The notes under the pieces are model-generated. The model had not been told where the DNA came from. It did no database searches and saw nothing but the letters and a program-made list of their open reading frames with translations. A DNA stretch of 64,000 nt, taken from the NCBI GenBank assembly GCA_965199715.1, contig OZ241322.1, forward strand, positions 448,001 through 512,000, in the 5' to 3' direction. Of this stretch, positions 31,123-39,834 are shown piece after piece; within the stretch, counting starts at the first letter, position 1; the number at the start of each line of letters is the position of its first letter. The position numbers and the translations under genes were made by a program. This DNA comes from Vicinamibacteria bacterium (lineage in GTDB: Bacteria > Acidobacteriota > Vicinamibacteria > Marinacidobacterales > Marinacidobacteraceae).

Positions 31123-33285
31123 TTGCGGCGGCGAGATGAGCGGCCCGGCTCGAGGCCCGGATCCCGGCTTCGGGACCCGGTTCCGCCGAGACGGCGGACC
31201 CGCCGGTTCCGGGGCCAAGCGCCCGATTCTCCGGGCTCCTCCCCGCGGTCGCGAGGGCGAATCCGGAGGTCCCCGAATCCCCGCCGCCCGAAGACGATCT
31301 CCCCAAGCCGAACGCCGAATCGAATCCCTGCCCCCCGACTCCTCCTCGGCTCCTGGCCCGCCCGGGCGCTGCTCGTGGTGGGAGCGACCTGGATCCTCGC
31401 GTTCGCCGGCGTCCTGCCCGTCGCTTGGAGCGGCGGAGCCGGCCTCGTCGCGCTCGTCACGACGCTCGCGGTGACGGCGTGGTACGCCCGCGACATCGCC
31501 CAGTGGCTGCTGTTTCCGGTGAAGCGGAAGCTGTGGATCTCCTACGTGCTGGGCGGCCTCCTCCCGCTCGCGTTCCTGAGCGCCTTCTTCCTGTTGGCGT
31601 TCTACGTGATCCTCGGCCTGTTCGGGTACTACGCGCTGCAGGCCAACCTCAACGCGCGCGGCGCGGCGCTCACCCGGGCGGCCGACCGGATCCTCATCGA
31701 GGCGCCGCCGGACGCTTCGGACGCGGTCCTCGGCGGGCTCCTCGAGGACGCGGCCGAGCGCGTCAGCGATCTCGCTCCCGGCGCGACGGCGTGGTATCTC
31801 GAACACGAGGACCGGCGCCTCACCCGCGTGGTCGGCTCCAGCGACGCGCCCCCGTTCTCCGGCTCCAGCGCGCTTCCCGAATGGGCGCTCGTCCCCTACG
31901 AGGGCGTGGTCCGCACCCGCGACGGCGAGTGGTTCGGCGCGCTCTCTCCGGGGCCCGCCGGAACCGTCCTGGTCATGGCCCCGCTCGCCCCCATGCTGCA
32001 GCGCAGCGCGAGCGAGGAGAGCGTTTCGGTGCGGACGCTGTGGACCTTCTACGTCGGCGAGGACACGGTCGAGGCCGAGGAGCTTCCGCCGCCCGGGGAC
32101 AACTTCGAGATCGCCTTCCAGGGGGCCTTCGTCGCGCTCGAGGCGGTCTCCGCCCACCCCGAGCTCACCGGGGGGACGGTGCTCATCTCCTTCGCCTTCG
32201 CTCCGTTCGAGCTGGCGCAGGGCGCCACCGGCGGACTTCCCGAGTCGCTGAACGACTTCGACGTGGGCGCCGGCCTCCTGATCGGCCTCGGGGGCCTGGG
32301 GCTCGTGTTCGTCGCGCTTCAGGTGTTCGCGGTCTATGTCGGCGTGCGCCTCGCCCGGTCCATCACCCGCTCGGTAGAGGCGCTCAGCGACGGGACCCGC
32401 ATGGTCCGCAGCGGCAACTTCGGCCACGCGCTCACGGTTCCCTCGCGCGACCAGCTCGGGGATCTGGCCCGGTCCTTCAACGTGATGACCGCGAAGATCC
32501 GGGACGACATGGAGCGCCTCCGGCAAGCCGCCCACCTCGAGCAGGAGATGGACACCGCGCGCGACGCGCAGGCGCGCCTGCTCCCGCGCGACGGCGCGGT
32601 GACGGTCCCGGGGTTCGAGGTCGCGGCGGTCTGCCGCCCCGCCGCCGCCGTGGGCGGGGACTACTACGACCTGATCCCGCTCGGGCCGAACCGTCTCGGC
32701 GTGGTCATCGCCGACGTTTCCGGAACCGGCGCCCGCGCCGCGTTCACCATGGCGGAGCTGAAGGGACTCATCCTCGCTCTCAGCCGCGTGCACGAGTCGC
32801 CCCGGAAGGTGCTCGTCGCGGCCAACCGCGCGCTGTACGAGACCCTCGACCGCCGAACCTTCATCACCATCACCTACGCGGTCTTCGACTCCGAAGCCGG
32901 CTCCGTGACATTCGCCCGGGCGGGGCACAGCCCCCTGCTCCGGCTCCGTCGCGGGAACGGGGCGGCCGCCCGGTGCGAGCTGTCGGCCCCCCGGGGCCTT
33001 GGCCTCGCGCTGGACCCGGGGCCCATCTTCGAGCGCGTGCTCGAGGAGCGCACCGCCCCGCTCGCAGCCGGAGAAACGTGGGTGTTCTTTACCGACGGGG
33101 TTTCGGAGGCCATGAACGGCGACTCCGAGATGTTCGGCGAGGAACGCCTCGCCCGCCTTCTGGAAGACAGTTGGAGGCAGCCGCCCGAAGAAATGCAGCA
33201 GACCGTGGAGGACGCCGTGCTCGACTTTACCGGGGCCAAGACCCACAACGACGACCTGAGCATGGTCGTGGTCCGGGTGCTCTGA
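31123..33285 (+). CDS. Membrane HAMP + SpoIIE/PP2C-family Ser phosphatase (start uncertain)
   Basis: TM helices, HAMP (RDQLGDLARSFNVM), VGGDYYD, IADVSG, RAGH, FTDGVSEA, DDLS. Confidence 0.88.
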   Translation: MRRRDERPGSRPGSRLRDPVPPRRRTRRFRGQAPDSPGSSPRSRGRIRRSPNPRRPKTISPSRTPNRIPAPRLLLGSWPARALLVVGATWILAFAGVLPVAWSGGAGLVALVTTLAVTAWYARDIAQWLLFPVKRKLWISYVLGGLLPLAFLSAFFLLAFYVILGLFGYYALQANLNARGAALTRAADRILIEAPPDASDAVLGGLLEDAAERVSDLAPGATAWYLEHEDRRLTRVVGSSDAPPFSGSSALPEWALVPYEGVVRTRDGEWFGALSPGPAGTVLVMAPLAPMLQRSASEESVSVRTLWTFYVGEDTVEAEELPPPGDNFEIAFQGAFVALEAVSAHPELTGGTVLISFAFAPFELAQGATGGLPESLNDFDVGAGLLIGLGGLGLVFVALQVFAVYVGVRLARSITRSVEALSDGTRMVRSGNFGHALTVPSRDQLGDLARSFNVMTAKIRDDMERLRQAAHLEQEMDTARDAQARLLPRDGAVTVPGFEVAAVCRPAAAVGGDYYDLIPLGPNRLGVVIADVSGTGARAAFTMAELKGLILALSRVHESPRKVLVAANRALYETLDRRTFITITYAVFDSEAGSVTFARAGHSPLLRLRRGNGAAARCELSAPRGLGLALDPGPIFERVLEERTAPLAAGETWVFFTDGVSEAMNGDSEMFGEERLARLLEDSWRQPPEEMQQTVEDAVLDFTGAKTHNDDLSMVVVRVL

Positions 33286-34787
33286 TGCGCCGACGACGCC
33301 GGACCCGGGCCGCGCCGCCGAAGGCGCGGCGCCCGCTCGCCTTCTTCCGGAGCCGCCTCGGCCACCGGTTCCGCAAGCTCGATCTCCTCGAACGGGCGCT
33401 GACCCACGGTTCCTACGCCCATGACCACGGCGTGGGGGACTACGAGCGGCTGGAGTTCGTCGGCGACGCCGCGCTCGGCCTCGCGGTGACCGAGATCTTC
33501 TACTTCGCCTGCCCCGACTGGACGCTGCATCGGCGCCAGGAGGCCAAGTCGGCGATCGTGAACAACGAGTCGCTCGCGGCCGCGGCGCGGACGCTCCAGC
33601 TTCCCGACGGATTGCGGGTCGGGGCCGGTCAGGGCGGCGAACAGGGGGCGCGTTCCTCGGACCGCATCCTCGCGAACGTCTTCGAGGCGGTGCTCGGGGC
33701 GGCGTGGCTGGACGGCGGCCTCGACGGGGTGCGCGGCGTCGTCCGGACCGCGTTCGACGACCGGTTCGAGTCCTTCGGTGCGGACCCCGACGCGGGTCCG
33801 GGCCGGCGCTCCCCGAGGCGCCTCTACTTCGCCGCGATCCGGATCGTGCGCCGCGTCCTCGGGCTCGCGACCCCGGTGGAGCGGGCGATGGGGCGCGCGT
33901 TCGGGGACCGGGAGCCGCTGCGCGCGGCGGAACACGCGAGCCCCCGCCGGTCGTGGCGGCGCCGGGGGCGACGGCCCCGCCGGCCCCGCGAGGAGCGCGG
34001 CGACGGCGGCGCGCAGCGGTTCCTCGGCCGCGACGTCCTGCACCTCGTGATCGCGGACGCGCTCCACGCGCGGTTCCCCGACTGGGACGAGGGACGCATG
34101 ACGCTCGCCCGGATGCGCCTCCTCGAACGCGACTTCCTCGTGCGGATCGGCGGCGCCTGGAACGTCGAGGCCGGGGAGTCCCGGGCGGCGGTCGTCGAGG
34201 GACTGCTCGGCGCGCTCTTGCTCGACGGCGGCCTCGCAGCGGCGAAGAAGGCGCTCGCCCCCGTCATGCGGCCCGCGCTCGACGATCTGGAGGATCCGAA
34301 CCTCGAGCTCCTCGACGCCAAGACGCTGCTCCAGAACCGCATCGCGAAGGCGGGCGGCGAGCCTCCGCGGTACCGGGAGGTGTCCCGTCCCGGCCGGGGC
34401 CACGCCGCGGTCGTGCTCCGGCTGGCGGACGGCAAGACCTTCCAGGGGACCGGCAGGGGCGTCAAGGACGCGGAGAAGGACGCCGCCGCCCAGGCGTTCC
34501 GGCGCCTCTACTCCGCCGCGCGCCCCGACAAGAAGGAACGCCCCTGCAAGCCGTCCGACGCAGCCCCGCGCTCCGAGAACCCCAAGGGCGCGCTCCAGGA
34601 GCTGGTGGCGAAGGAGCAGCGGGAGGTTCCGACCTACCGGGTGCTCGCCGAGGAAGGGCCCGAACACGACAAGACCTTCCACGTGGAGGTGCTCGTCGCC
34701 GGACGGGCGCTCGCCCGGGGCCGCGGGCCGAGCAAGCGGCGCGCCGAGGCCGAAGCCGCGGCGGCGGCCCTCGACGCGAGGCGCTGA
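33285..34787 (+). CDS. rnc: Atypical ribonuclease III: two RNase III domains and two dsRBDs (500 aa)
   Basis: ERLEFVGDA...ANVFEAVLGAAWLDGG; second copy QRFLGRDVL...VVEGLLGALLLDGG; DAKTLLQ and NPKGALQE dsRBDs; TGATG coupling to the phosphatase gene. Confidence 0.88.
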   Translation: MRRRRRTRAAPPKARRPLAFFRSRLGHRFRKLDLLERALTHGSYAHDHGVGDYERLEFVGDAALGLAVTEIFYFACPDWTLHRRQEAKSAIVNNESLAAAARTLQLPDGLRVGAGQGGEQGARSSDRILANVFEAVLGAAWLDGGLDGVRGVVRTAFDDRFESFGADPDAGPGRRSPRRLYFAAIRIVRRVLGLATPVERAMGRAFGDREPLRAAEHASPRRSWRRRGRRPRRPREERGDGGAQRFLGRDVLHLVIADALHARFPDWDEGRMTLARMRLLERDFLVRIGGAWNVEAGESRAAVVEGLLGALLLDGGLAAAKKALAPVMRPALDDLEDPNLELLDAKTLLQNRIAKAGGEPPRYREVSRPGRGHAAVVLRLADGKTFQGTGRGVKDAEKDAAAQAFRRLYSAARPDKKERPCKPSDAAPRSENPKGALQELVAKEQREVPTYRVLAEEGPEHDKTFHVEVLVAGRALARGRGPSKRRAEAEAAAAALDARR

Positions 34788-34836
34788 GGCCGCGCGCCGA
34801 GCCCTCTATACTCCCCGCCCGAACCGAACGAACGCC

Positions 34837-36045
34837 TTGGAATCCCTGAACTTCGAGCTGAACGAGGACCAGCGCGCCACCGAGGCGCTGGTCCGCGATT
34901 TCGCGTCGCGCGAGGTCGCCCCGCGCATCCGCGAGAACGACGCGGCCCGGCGCTTCGACCGGACCATCCTCGAGCGCATGGGCGCGCTCGGGATTCTCGG
35001 CCTCTCGATCCCCGAGCGGTACGGCGGCGCGGGGCTCGACTACGTCTGCCTCGGGCTCGCCTCCGAAGAGCTCGAATACGTGGACACCTCGCTCAGGGTC
35101 GTCATGTCGGTCCACGCCGGGCTCAACTCGCTGTCGCTGCTGACGTGGGGCGACGAGGAGCAGAAGGAGCGCTTCCTGAAGCCGCAGGCCGAAGGCCGGG
35201 CGATCGGGACCTACGGCCTCACCGAGCCCGACGCCGGGAGCGACGCCGTGGGCATCCGCTCGACGGCGGTGAAGGACGGGGACGGCTACGTCCTCAACGG
35301 GGAAAAGCACTGGATCTCGCTCGCCGAGATCGCCGACAACTTCCTCGTGATCGTCTGGACCGACGCCGACAAGCGCCGGAACCGGGACCACACCGGACTC
35401 TCCGCCTTCATCGTGGAGCGGTCCAGCGACGGCTTCGAATCGGGCGCCATGACCGGGAAGTGGGGCATCCGCGCCGGCAACACCGGCTGGTTCCGCATGC
35501 GCGACGTCCGGGTTCCGGAATCCTGCCGGCTGGGCGCCGAGGGCGAGGGGTTCCGGATCGCGATGTCCGCGCTGGACCAGGGCCGCTTCACCGTCGCCGC
35601 CGGAGCCACCGGGCTCATCCGCGCCTGCCGCGACGCGAGCGTCAAGTGGGCGCTCTCGCGGAAGTCCTTCGGCGAGGAGATCGCCCGGCACCAGCTCGTC
35701 AAGCAGATGATCGCCCACATGGAGCGCGACTACGAAGTCTCGCGGCTCCTGTGGCTGCGCGCCGGGGACCTCAAGAACCGCGGGAAGCGGGACACCCGGG
35801 AGACCTCGCTCGCCAAGTGGGTCGCCACGGTCGCGTCGGAACGCTCCGCCTCCGACGCGATCCAGATCCACGGCTGCTACGGATACTCGGACGAGTACCC
35901 GGTCGGCCGGTTCTGGCGCAACTCGAAGGGCGCGGTCATATACGAGGGCACCCGCGAGATCCACACGCTGGTGCAGGCCGACTACGCGCTCGGGTACCGG
36001 CGCGACCGGCCGGCGCGGGTCGCCCTGCCCCCGTTCGAGGGCTGA
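34837..36045 (+). CDS. Acyl-CoA dehydrogenase
   Basis: [40 protein letters not shown]; TATACT -10 upstream. Confidence 0.92.
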   Translation: MESLNFELNEDQRATEALVRDFASREVAPRIRENDAARRFDRTILERMGALGILGLSIPERYGGAGLDYVCLGLASEELEYVDTSLRVVMSVHAGLNSLSLLTWGDEEQKERFLKPQAEGRAIGTYGLTEPDAGSDAVGIRSTAVKDGDGYVLNGEKHWISLAEIADNFLVIVWTDADKRRNRDHTGLSAFIVERSSDGFESGAMTGKWGIRAGNTGWFRMRDVRVPESCRLGAEGEGFRIAMSALDQGRFTVAAGATGLIRACRDASVKWALSRKSFGEEIARHQLVKQMIAHMERDYEVSRLLWLRAGDLKNRGKRDTRETSLAKWVATVASERSASDAIQIHGCYGYSDEYPVGRFWRNSKGAVIYEGTREIHTLVQADYALGYRRDRPARVALPPFEG

Positions 36046-36057
36046 GCGAACCCCCGG

Positions 36058-37038
36058 ATGCCCGGCGCGCTTCCCGAGTGGGTCGCCGGGCGCATGGTCC
36101 GGGTCGTGGAGGCCGGGGCGATCGAGTGCGCCCGCACCATCGGGCGCGGCGACCGCCGCCATTCGGACGCGGTCGCGGTCAAGGCGATGCGCGCCGCGCT
36201 GGACGACGTTCCCGTGCGCGGGACCGTGGTCATCGGCGAGGGGGAGCGCGACCGCGCCCCGATGCTCTGGTCGGGCGAGTCCTTCGGCCGGGGCGGGCCG
36301 GAGGATCCGGCCGTCGAGATCGCGGTGGATCCGCTCGAGGGCACGAACCTGTGCGCCACGGGCGGACCCGGCGCGATCGCGGTCCTCGCCGCGTCCGGGT
36401 CCGGCGGGCTGCTGCGCGCCCCCGACGTGTACATGGACAAGATCGTGGTGGGACCCGCCGCCGCGGGGCTCCTCGGCGGGCGCGTCCGGCTCGGCCAGCC
36501 TCCCGGCGACGCCGTGGCCGCGATCGCGGAAGCGGAGGGCCTGCCCCCCGAGGAGATCACGATCGCGGTCCTCGACCGGCCCCGGCACGCCGAGCTCGTC
36601 GCGGGGATCCGCGCCGCCGGCGCCCGGGTCCTGCTGATCGGCGACGGCGACCTGAGCGCCGGGATCCGCGCCGCGACGCCGGGGACTGGGATCCACGCGG
36701 CGATCGGTTCCGGCGGCGCCCCCGAGGGGGTGATCGCGGCGGCGGCGATCCGCTGTCTGGGCGGCGGGATGCTCGGCAGGCTGCTCACGCGCGGCCCGGA
36801 GGAACGGGAGCGGATCGAACGCGTCGGCGTGCGGGAGCCGTACGAGCCGAAGGACGCCGCGACGCTCGCGCCGGGGCCGGATCTCGTGGTCTGCGCGACC
36901 GGAGTCACCGACGGCGATCTCGTGGACGGCGTCCGGTTCTCGCGGGACGGGATCCGCACGACGACCTGGATCCTGACCGGCGATCCGCCGGAAACCTCGC
37001 GACTGACGCGCTCCCGGCGGCTCGGGACTCCGGTATGA
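36058..37038 (+). CDS. glpX: Class II fructose-1,6-bisphosphatase
   Basis: [53 protein letters not shown]. Confidence 0.94.
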   Translation: MPGALPEWVAGRMVRVVEAGAIECARTIGRGDRRHSDAVAVKAMRAALDDVPVRGTVVIGEGERDRAPMLWSGESFGRGGPEDPAVEIAVDPLEGTNLCATGGPGAIAVLAASGSGGLLRAPDVYMDKIVVGPAAAGLLGGRVRLGQPPGDAVAAIAEAEGLPPEEITIAVLDRPRHAELVAGIRAAGARVLLIGDGDLSAGIRAATPGTGIHAAIGSGGAPEGVIAAAAIRCLGGGMLGRLLTRGPEERERIERVGVREPYEPKDAATLAPGPDLVVCATGVTDGDLVDGVRFSRDGIRTTTWILTGDPPETSRLTRSRRLGTPV

Positions 37039-37098
37039 TTGGGGCCGCGGCACGGGCCATTCGCAACGGGCCATCCAGTCTCGCCGCGTCAGTGCATC

Positions 37099-37518
37099 TT
37101 GGTGTTCGATCCCGCGGTCGTCAGGGCGGCCGTCGCCGCGTTTCTTGACGACGGCCCGGCGCGCACCTACTACTTCGATCGGGATTCGTCGCGGATCGTG
37201 AGCGTCTCGGAGGATCAGGAGGACTCCGCGACGCAACGGATCGTCTGGCAGCTCGAGTCGGACACCCGCGGCCGCTTTGTCCCGATCCCCAAGCCCAAGC
37301 TCGAGGAAACCCTCAGCGAACAGGACGAGTTCGTCGAGCGGCTCCCGGAAGGGGATCTCCGCCAGCGGCTGGAGAAGCTCATCGAGGACGACCCGGACGG
37401 GAGCAAGATGGCGGAGGTCGTGGTCCGCAACCGCGAGGCCCGCAACGCTTGGCGGCTGTTTCGCACCGGTCGCGCCGAGACCCGCGCCCGCGCGTTCCTA
37501 GGGAACCTCGACGCCTAG
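37099..37518 (+). CDS. Hypothetical protein, UPF0158-like
   Basis: YYFDRDSSRIV...RFVPIP...EFVERL...LRQRL...W..FR pattern recalls UPF0158; TATGAT -10 upstream. Confidence 0.6.
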   Translation: MVFDPAVVRAAVAAFLDDGPARTYYFDRDSSRIVSVSEDQEDSATQRIVWQLESDTRGRFVPIPKPKLEETLSEQDEFVERLPEGDLRQRLEKLIEDDPDGSKMAEVVVRNREARNAWRLFRTGRAETRARAFLGNLDA

Positions 37519-37587
37519 CCGGTCGGGGCCGCTGGCGCCGGCCTTGCATTCCGCTAGGTCGTGCAGTCGTTTCCTGGAGGGAATCCA

Positions 37588-39558
37588 ATGCTCCGCCCCA
37601 ACGAGCCCGTCCCCATGCGATTTCGCTGGCTGTTCGCCGCGGTAGCGGCCCTGCTGGCCGTTCCCGCCGCCGGCGCCGCCCAGGATTCGACCCGGTCGTA
37701 CGCCTACGGCGCCCTGAGCGACGTCGAGGGAGACGTCTGGCTGCAGCGGGCCGACGACTTCGGCGCGAACGAGGCCGAGCCCAACAGCCCGTTCCTCCCG
37801 GGCGACCGGCTCTGGACCCGGGAGCCCGGGCAGGCGGAGGTGCGGTTCGCCGGCCGGGTGACCGCGTGGCTGCACGAGCGCACCAAGCTCGACTACGTGG
37901 AGGGCGACGAGCCGCACCGGCTGGGCTTCTGGACGGGGAGCCTCCTGCTCCGGGTCGGCGACGACGCTTCGGTCGTGGTCGAGAGCCCCGGAGGCTCGCT
38001 CGCTCCCCAAAGCGCCGGCCGGTTCCGCCTCGACGTGCTCGAGGAGGGACAGGGCGTCCGGTTCGTCGCCCTCGAGGGGATCGCGACGGTCCAGAGCGAC
38101 GCCGGCTCCGTCGTGCTGGCGACCGGCCAGCGGACCGTCTCCTCCGCCGACGGCGCGCCGAGCGCCCCGGAGAACATCGACGGAGTCGATCAGGACGCGC
38201 TGATGGAATGGGCGGACAGCCGCGACGCAAGCCGCGCCCTCAGCGAGAACGTCCCCTACGACGAGCTTCCGGACGAGGTCCAGGAGCACGTCCACGACCT
38301 GCAGGGCCACGGCCACTGGCGCCGCGACCCGCACCTCGGCTGGGCGTGGTACCCGACCGTCGCGGCGGGCTGGGCTCCCTACCACTACGGGCGCTGGGCC
38401 TACACCCCCTTCGGCCACACCTGGATCTCCTACGACCCGTGGGGTTGGGCGCCGTACCACTACGGACGCTGGGGCTACGGCTCCACCGGGTGGTACTGGC
38501 TCCCGGGCTCCCACTGGGGGCCGGCGTGGGTCTCGTGGGCGTGGGGGCCGGACTGGATCGGCTGGTCGCCGCTCGGCTACTACAACCGGCCGGTGTACGG
38601 GTTCCACGCGGTCCGGGGCGGGTTCTACGGCGGCGGCGCGCGGCCGGGGACGGTCGTCGGACGCGCCGTGGCGCGCGGCGAGGCCAACCGGCGCGCCCGC
38701 CCGCGCCACGGCTGGAGCTTCGCGGACCGGTCCGCCATGGGGCGGGCGGGCTCCCGGAACCGGCTCGACGTCTCGACCGCGCGAAACCTCCGGGACGCGC
38801 GCGTCTCGGGCCGGGGCGCGGTGCTCGACCGGAACCTCCGCGAGCGGGCCGTGGGCCGGACCGCGATCGCGACGTCCACGGCGTCGACCGTCCGCAACCT
38901 CTCGAACGCGCGGCGCGGCGCGATGGTCCGCGACCGGCGCGCCACCGCCGGCGCGCAGCGCCTCGCGGCCCCGGCGCGCAGCGCCCGCAGCCGGGCGACC
39001 GCGGGGCCCGCGCCCGGGACTGTCCCGTGGACTTCGGGCGCGGCGTCCCGAAGCGCTCCCCGTGCGGCGCCCCGCGCGACCGGAAACCGGCTGGGCGGAC
39101 GTCCCGGCGCCAGCCGCACGGCTCGCCCGCCGCGGCCGCGCGCGGCGCCGTCCGGCGGCGGCGCCCGCAGGCCCAGTTCGGTCCGGCCCAGCTCCCGCCC
39201 GAGCTCGGCGGCTCCCCGGTCCCGCCCATCCCGGCCCAGCTCCAGCCCGAGTTCGGCGGCCCCGCGCTCCCGCCCCTCCCGCCCGAGCTCGGCGGCCCCG
39301 CGCTCCCGCCCCTCCCGCCCGAGCTCGGCGGCCCCGCGCTCCCGCCCCTCCCGCCCGAGCTCGGCGGCTCCCCGGTCCCGCCCATCCCGGCCCAGCTCCA
39401 GCTCGCGCCCGAGTTCGGCGGCCCCGCGCTCCCGCCCTTCCCGCCCGAGTTCGGCGGCCCCGCGCTCCCGCCCTTCCCGCCCGAGCTCGGCGGCTCCCCG
39501 GTCCCGCCCATCCCGGCCCAGCTCCAGCTCGCGCCCCAGGTCCCGGCCGAACCGCTAG
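37588..39558 (+). CDS. Exported FecR-domain / DUF6600-type protein with Arg/Ser/Pro-rich tail
   Basis: Signal peptide, FecR-like beta domain (NSPFLPGDRLWT), WAPYHYGRW repeats, WGPAWVSW, W.PLG; GGAGG SD. Confidence 0.8.
   Translation: MLRPNEPVPMRFRWLFAAVAALLAVPAAGAAQDSTRSYAYGALSDVEGDVWLQRADDFGANEAEPNSPFLPGDRLWTREPGQAEVRFAGRVTAWLHERTKLDYVEGDEPHRLGFWTGSLLLRVGDDASVVVESPGGSLAPQSAGRFRLDVLEEGQGVRFVALEGIATVQSDAGSVVLATGQRTVSSADGAPSAPENIDGVDQDALMEWADSRDASRALSENVPYDELPDEVQEHVHDLQGHGHWRRDPHLGWAWYPTVAAGWAPYHYGRWAYTPFGHTWISYDPWGWAPYHYGRWGYGSTGWYWLPGSHWGPAWVSWAWGPDWIGWSPLGYYNRPVYGFHAVRGGFYGGGARPGTVVGRAVARGEANRRARPRHGWSFADRSAMGRAGSRNRLDVSTARNLRDARVSGRGAVLDRNLRERAVGRTAIATSTASTVRNLSNARRGAMVRDRRATAGAQRLAAPARSARSRATAGPAPGTVPWTSGAASRSAPRAAPRATGNRLGGRPGASRTARPPRPRAAPSGGGARRPSSVRPSSRPSSAAPRSRPSRPSSSPSSAAPRSRPSRPSSAAPRSRPSRPSSAAPRSRPSRPSSAAPRSRPSRPSSSSRPSSAAPRSRPSRPSSAAPRSRPSRPSSAAPRSRPSRPSSSSRPRSRPNR
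39196..39530 (+). repeat. In-frame 36-bp tandem repeat, about 8 copies, encoding RPSSAAPRSRPS
   Basis: cgcccgag(c/t)tcggcggc(c/t)cc...tcccgccc.tcc repeated with short RPSSS(S) interruptions. Confidence 0.93.
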
Positions 39559-39578
39559 AGCCGCCGCGAGGCCCGTAT

Positions 39579-39620
39579 CGGGCGCGTTCCCGCCGGTGGG
39601 AGCGCGCCCGCCTTTCGTGT
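39579..39620 (+). terminator. Putative terminator hairpin after the FecR/DUF6600 gene
   Basis: CGGGCGCGTTCCC-gccggt-GGGAGCGCGCCCG followed by cctttcgtgtt (weak U tract). Confidence 0.6.
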
Positions 39621-39738
39621 TCCCGATCGCCGCGGCAACCGGAATCCCAACGGCGCGAAAGCGTTTCAAGACCCGGCCCGACACGGCCGAAATGGACGCT
39701 TGCGCCGCCCGCGCCCGGTTGGTAAAGAATTGGGGTTA

Positions 39739-39786
39739 CCCCAACATCTAGGGGTACGGGGTGGTTCGCACCACTACATCTTGTTG
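39739..39786 (+). promoter_or_regulatory. Tandem NrdR boxes
   Basis: ccccaacatctagggg (39739-39754) and ccactacatcttgttg (39771-39786) match acaCwAtATaTwGtg, 32 bp apart, directly upstream of the RNR gene. Confidence 0.88.
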
Positions 39787-39834
39787 TTCGGCCCGCTTCG
39801 CCCCCTATCGAGCGACGGAGAGAGAAAGCGCCCC

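Noticed and set aside
39196-39530. 36-bp repeats as CRISPR repeats
   Set aside because: No spacers; an in-frame coding low-complexity repeat.
39559-39834. Cobalamin riboswitch upstream of the RNR gene
   Set aside because: No recognisable B12-box; the region is explained by a terminator, a promoter and NrdR boxes.
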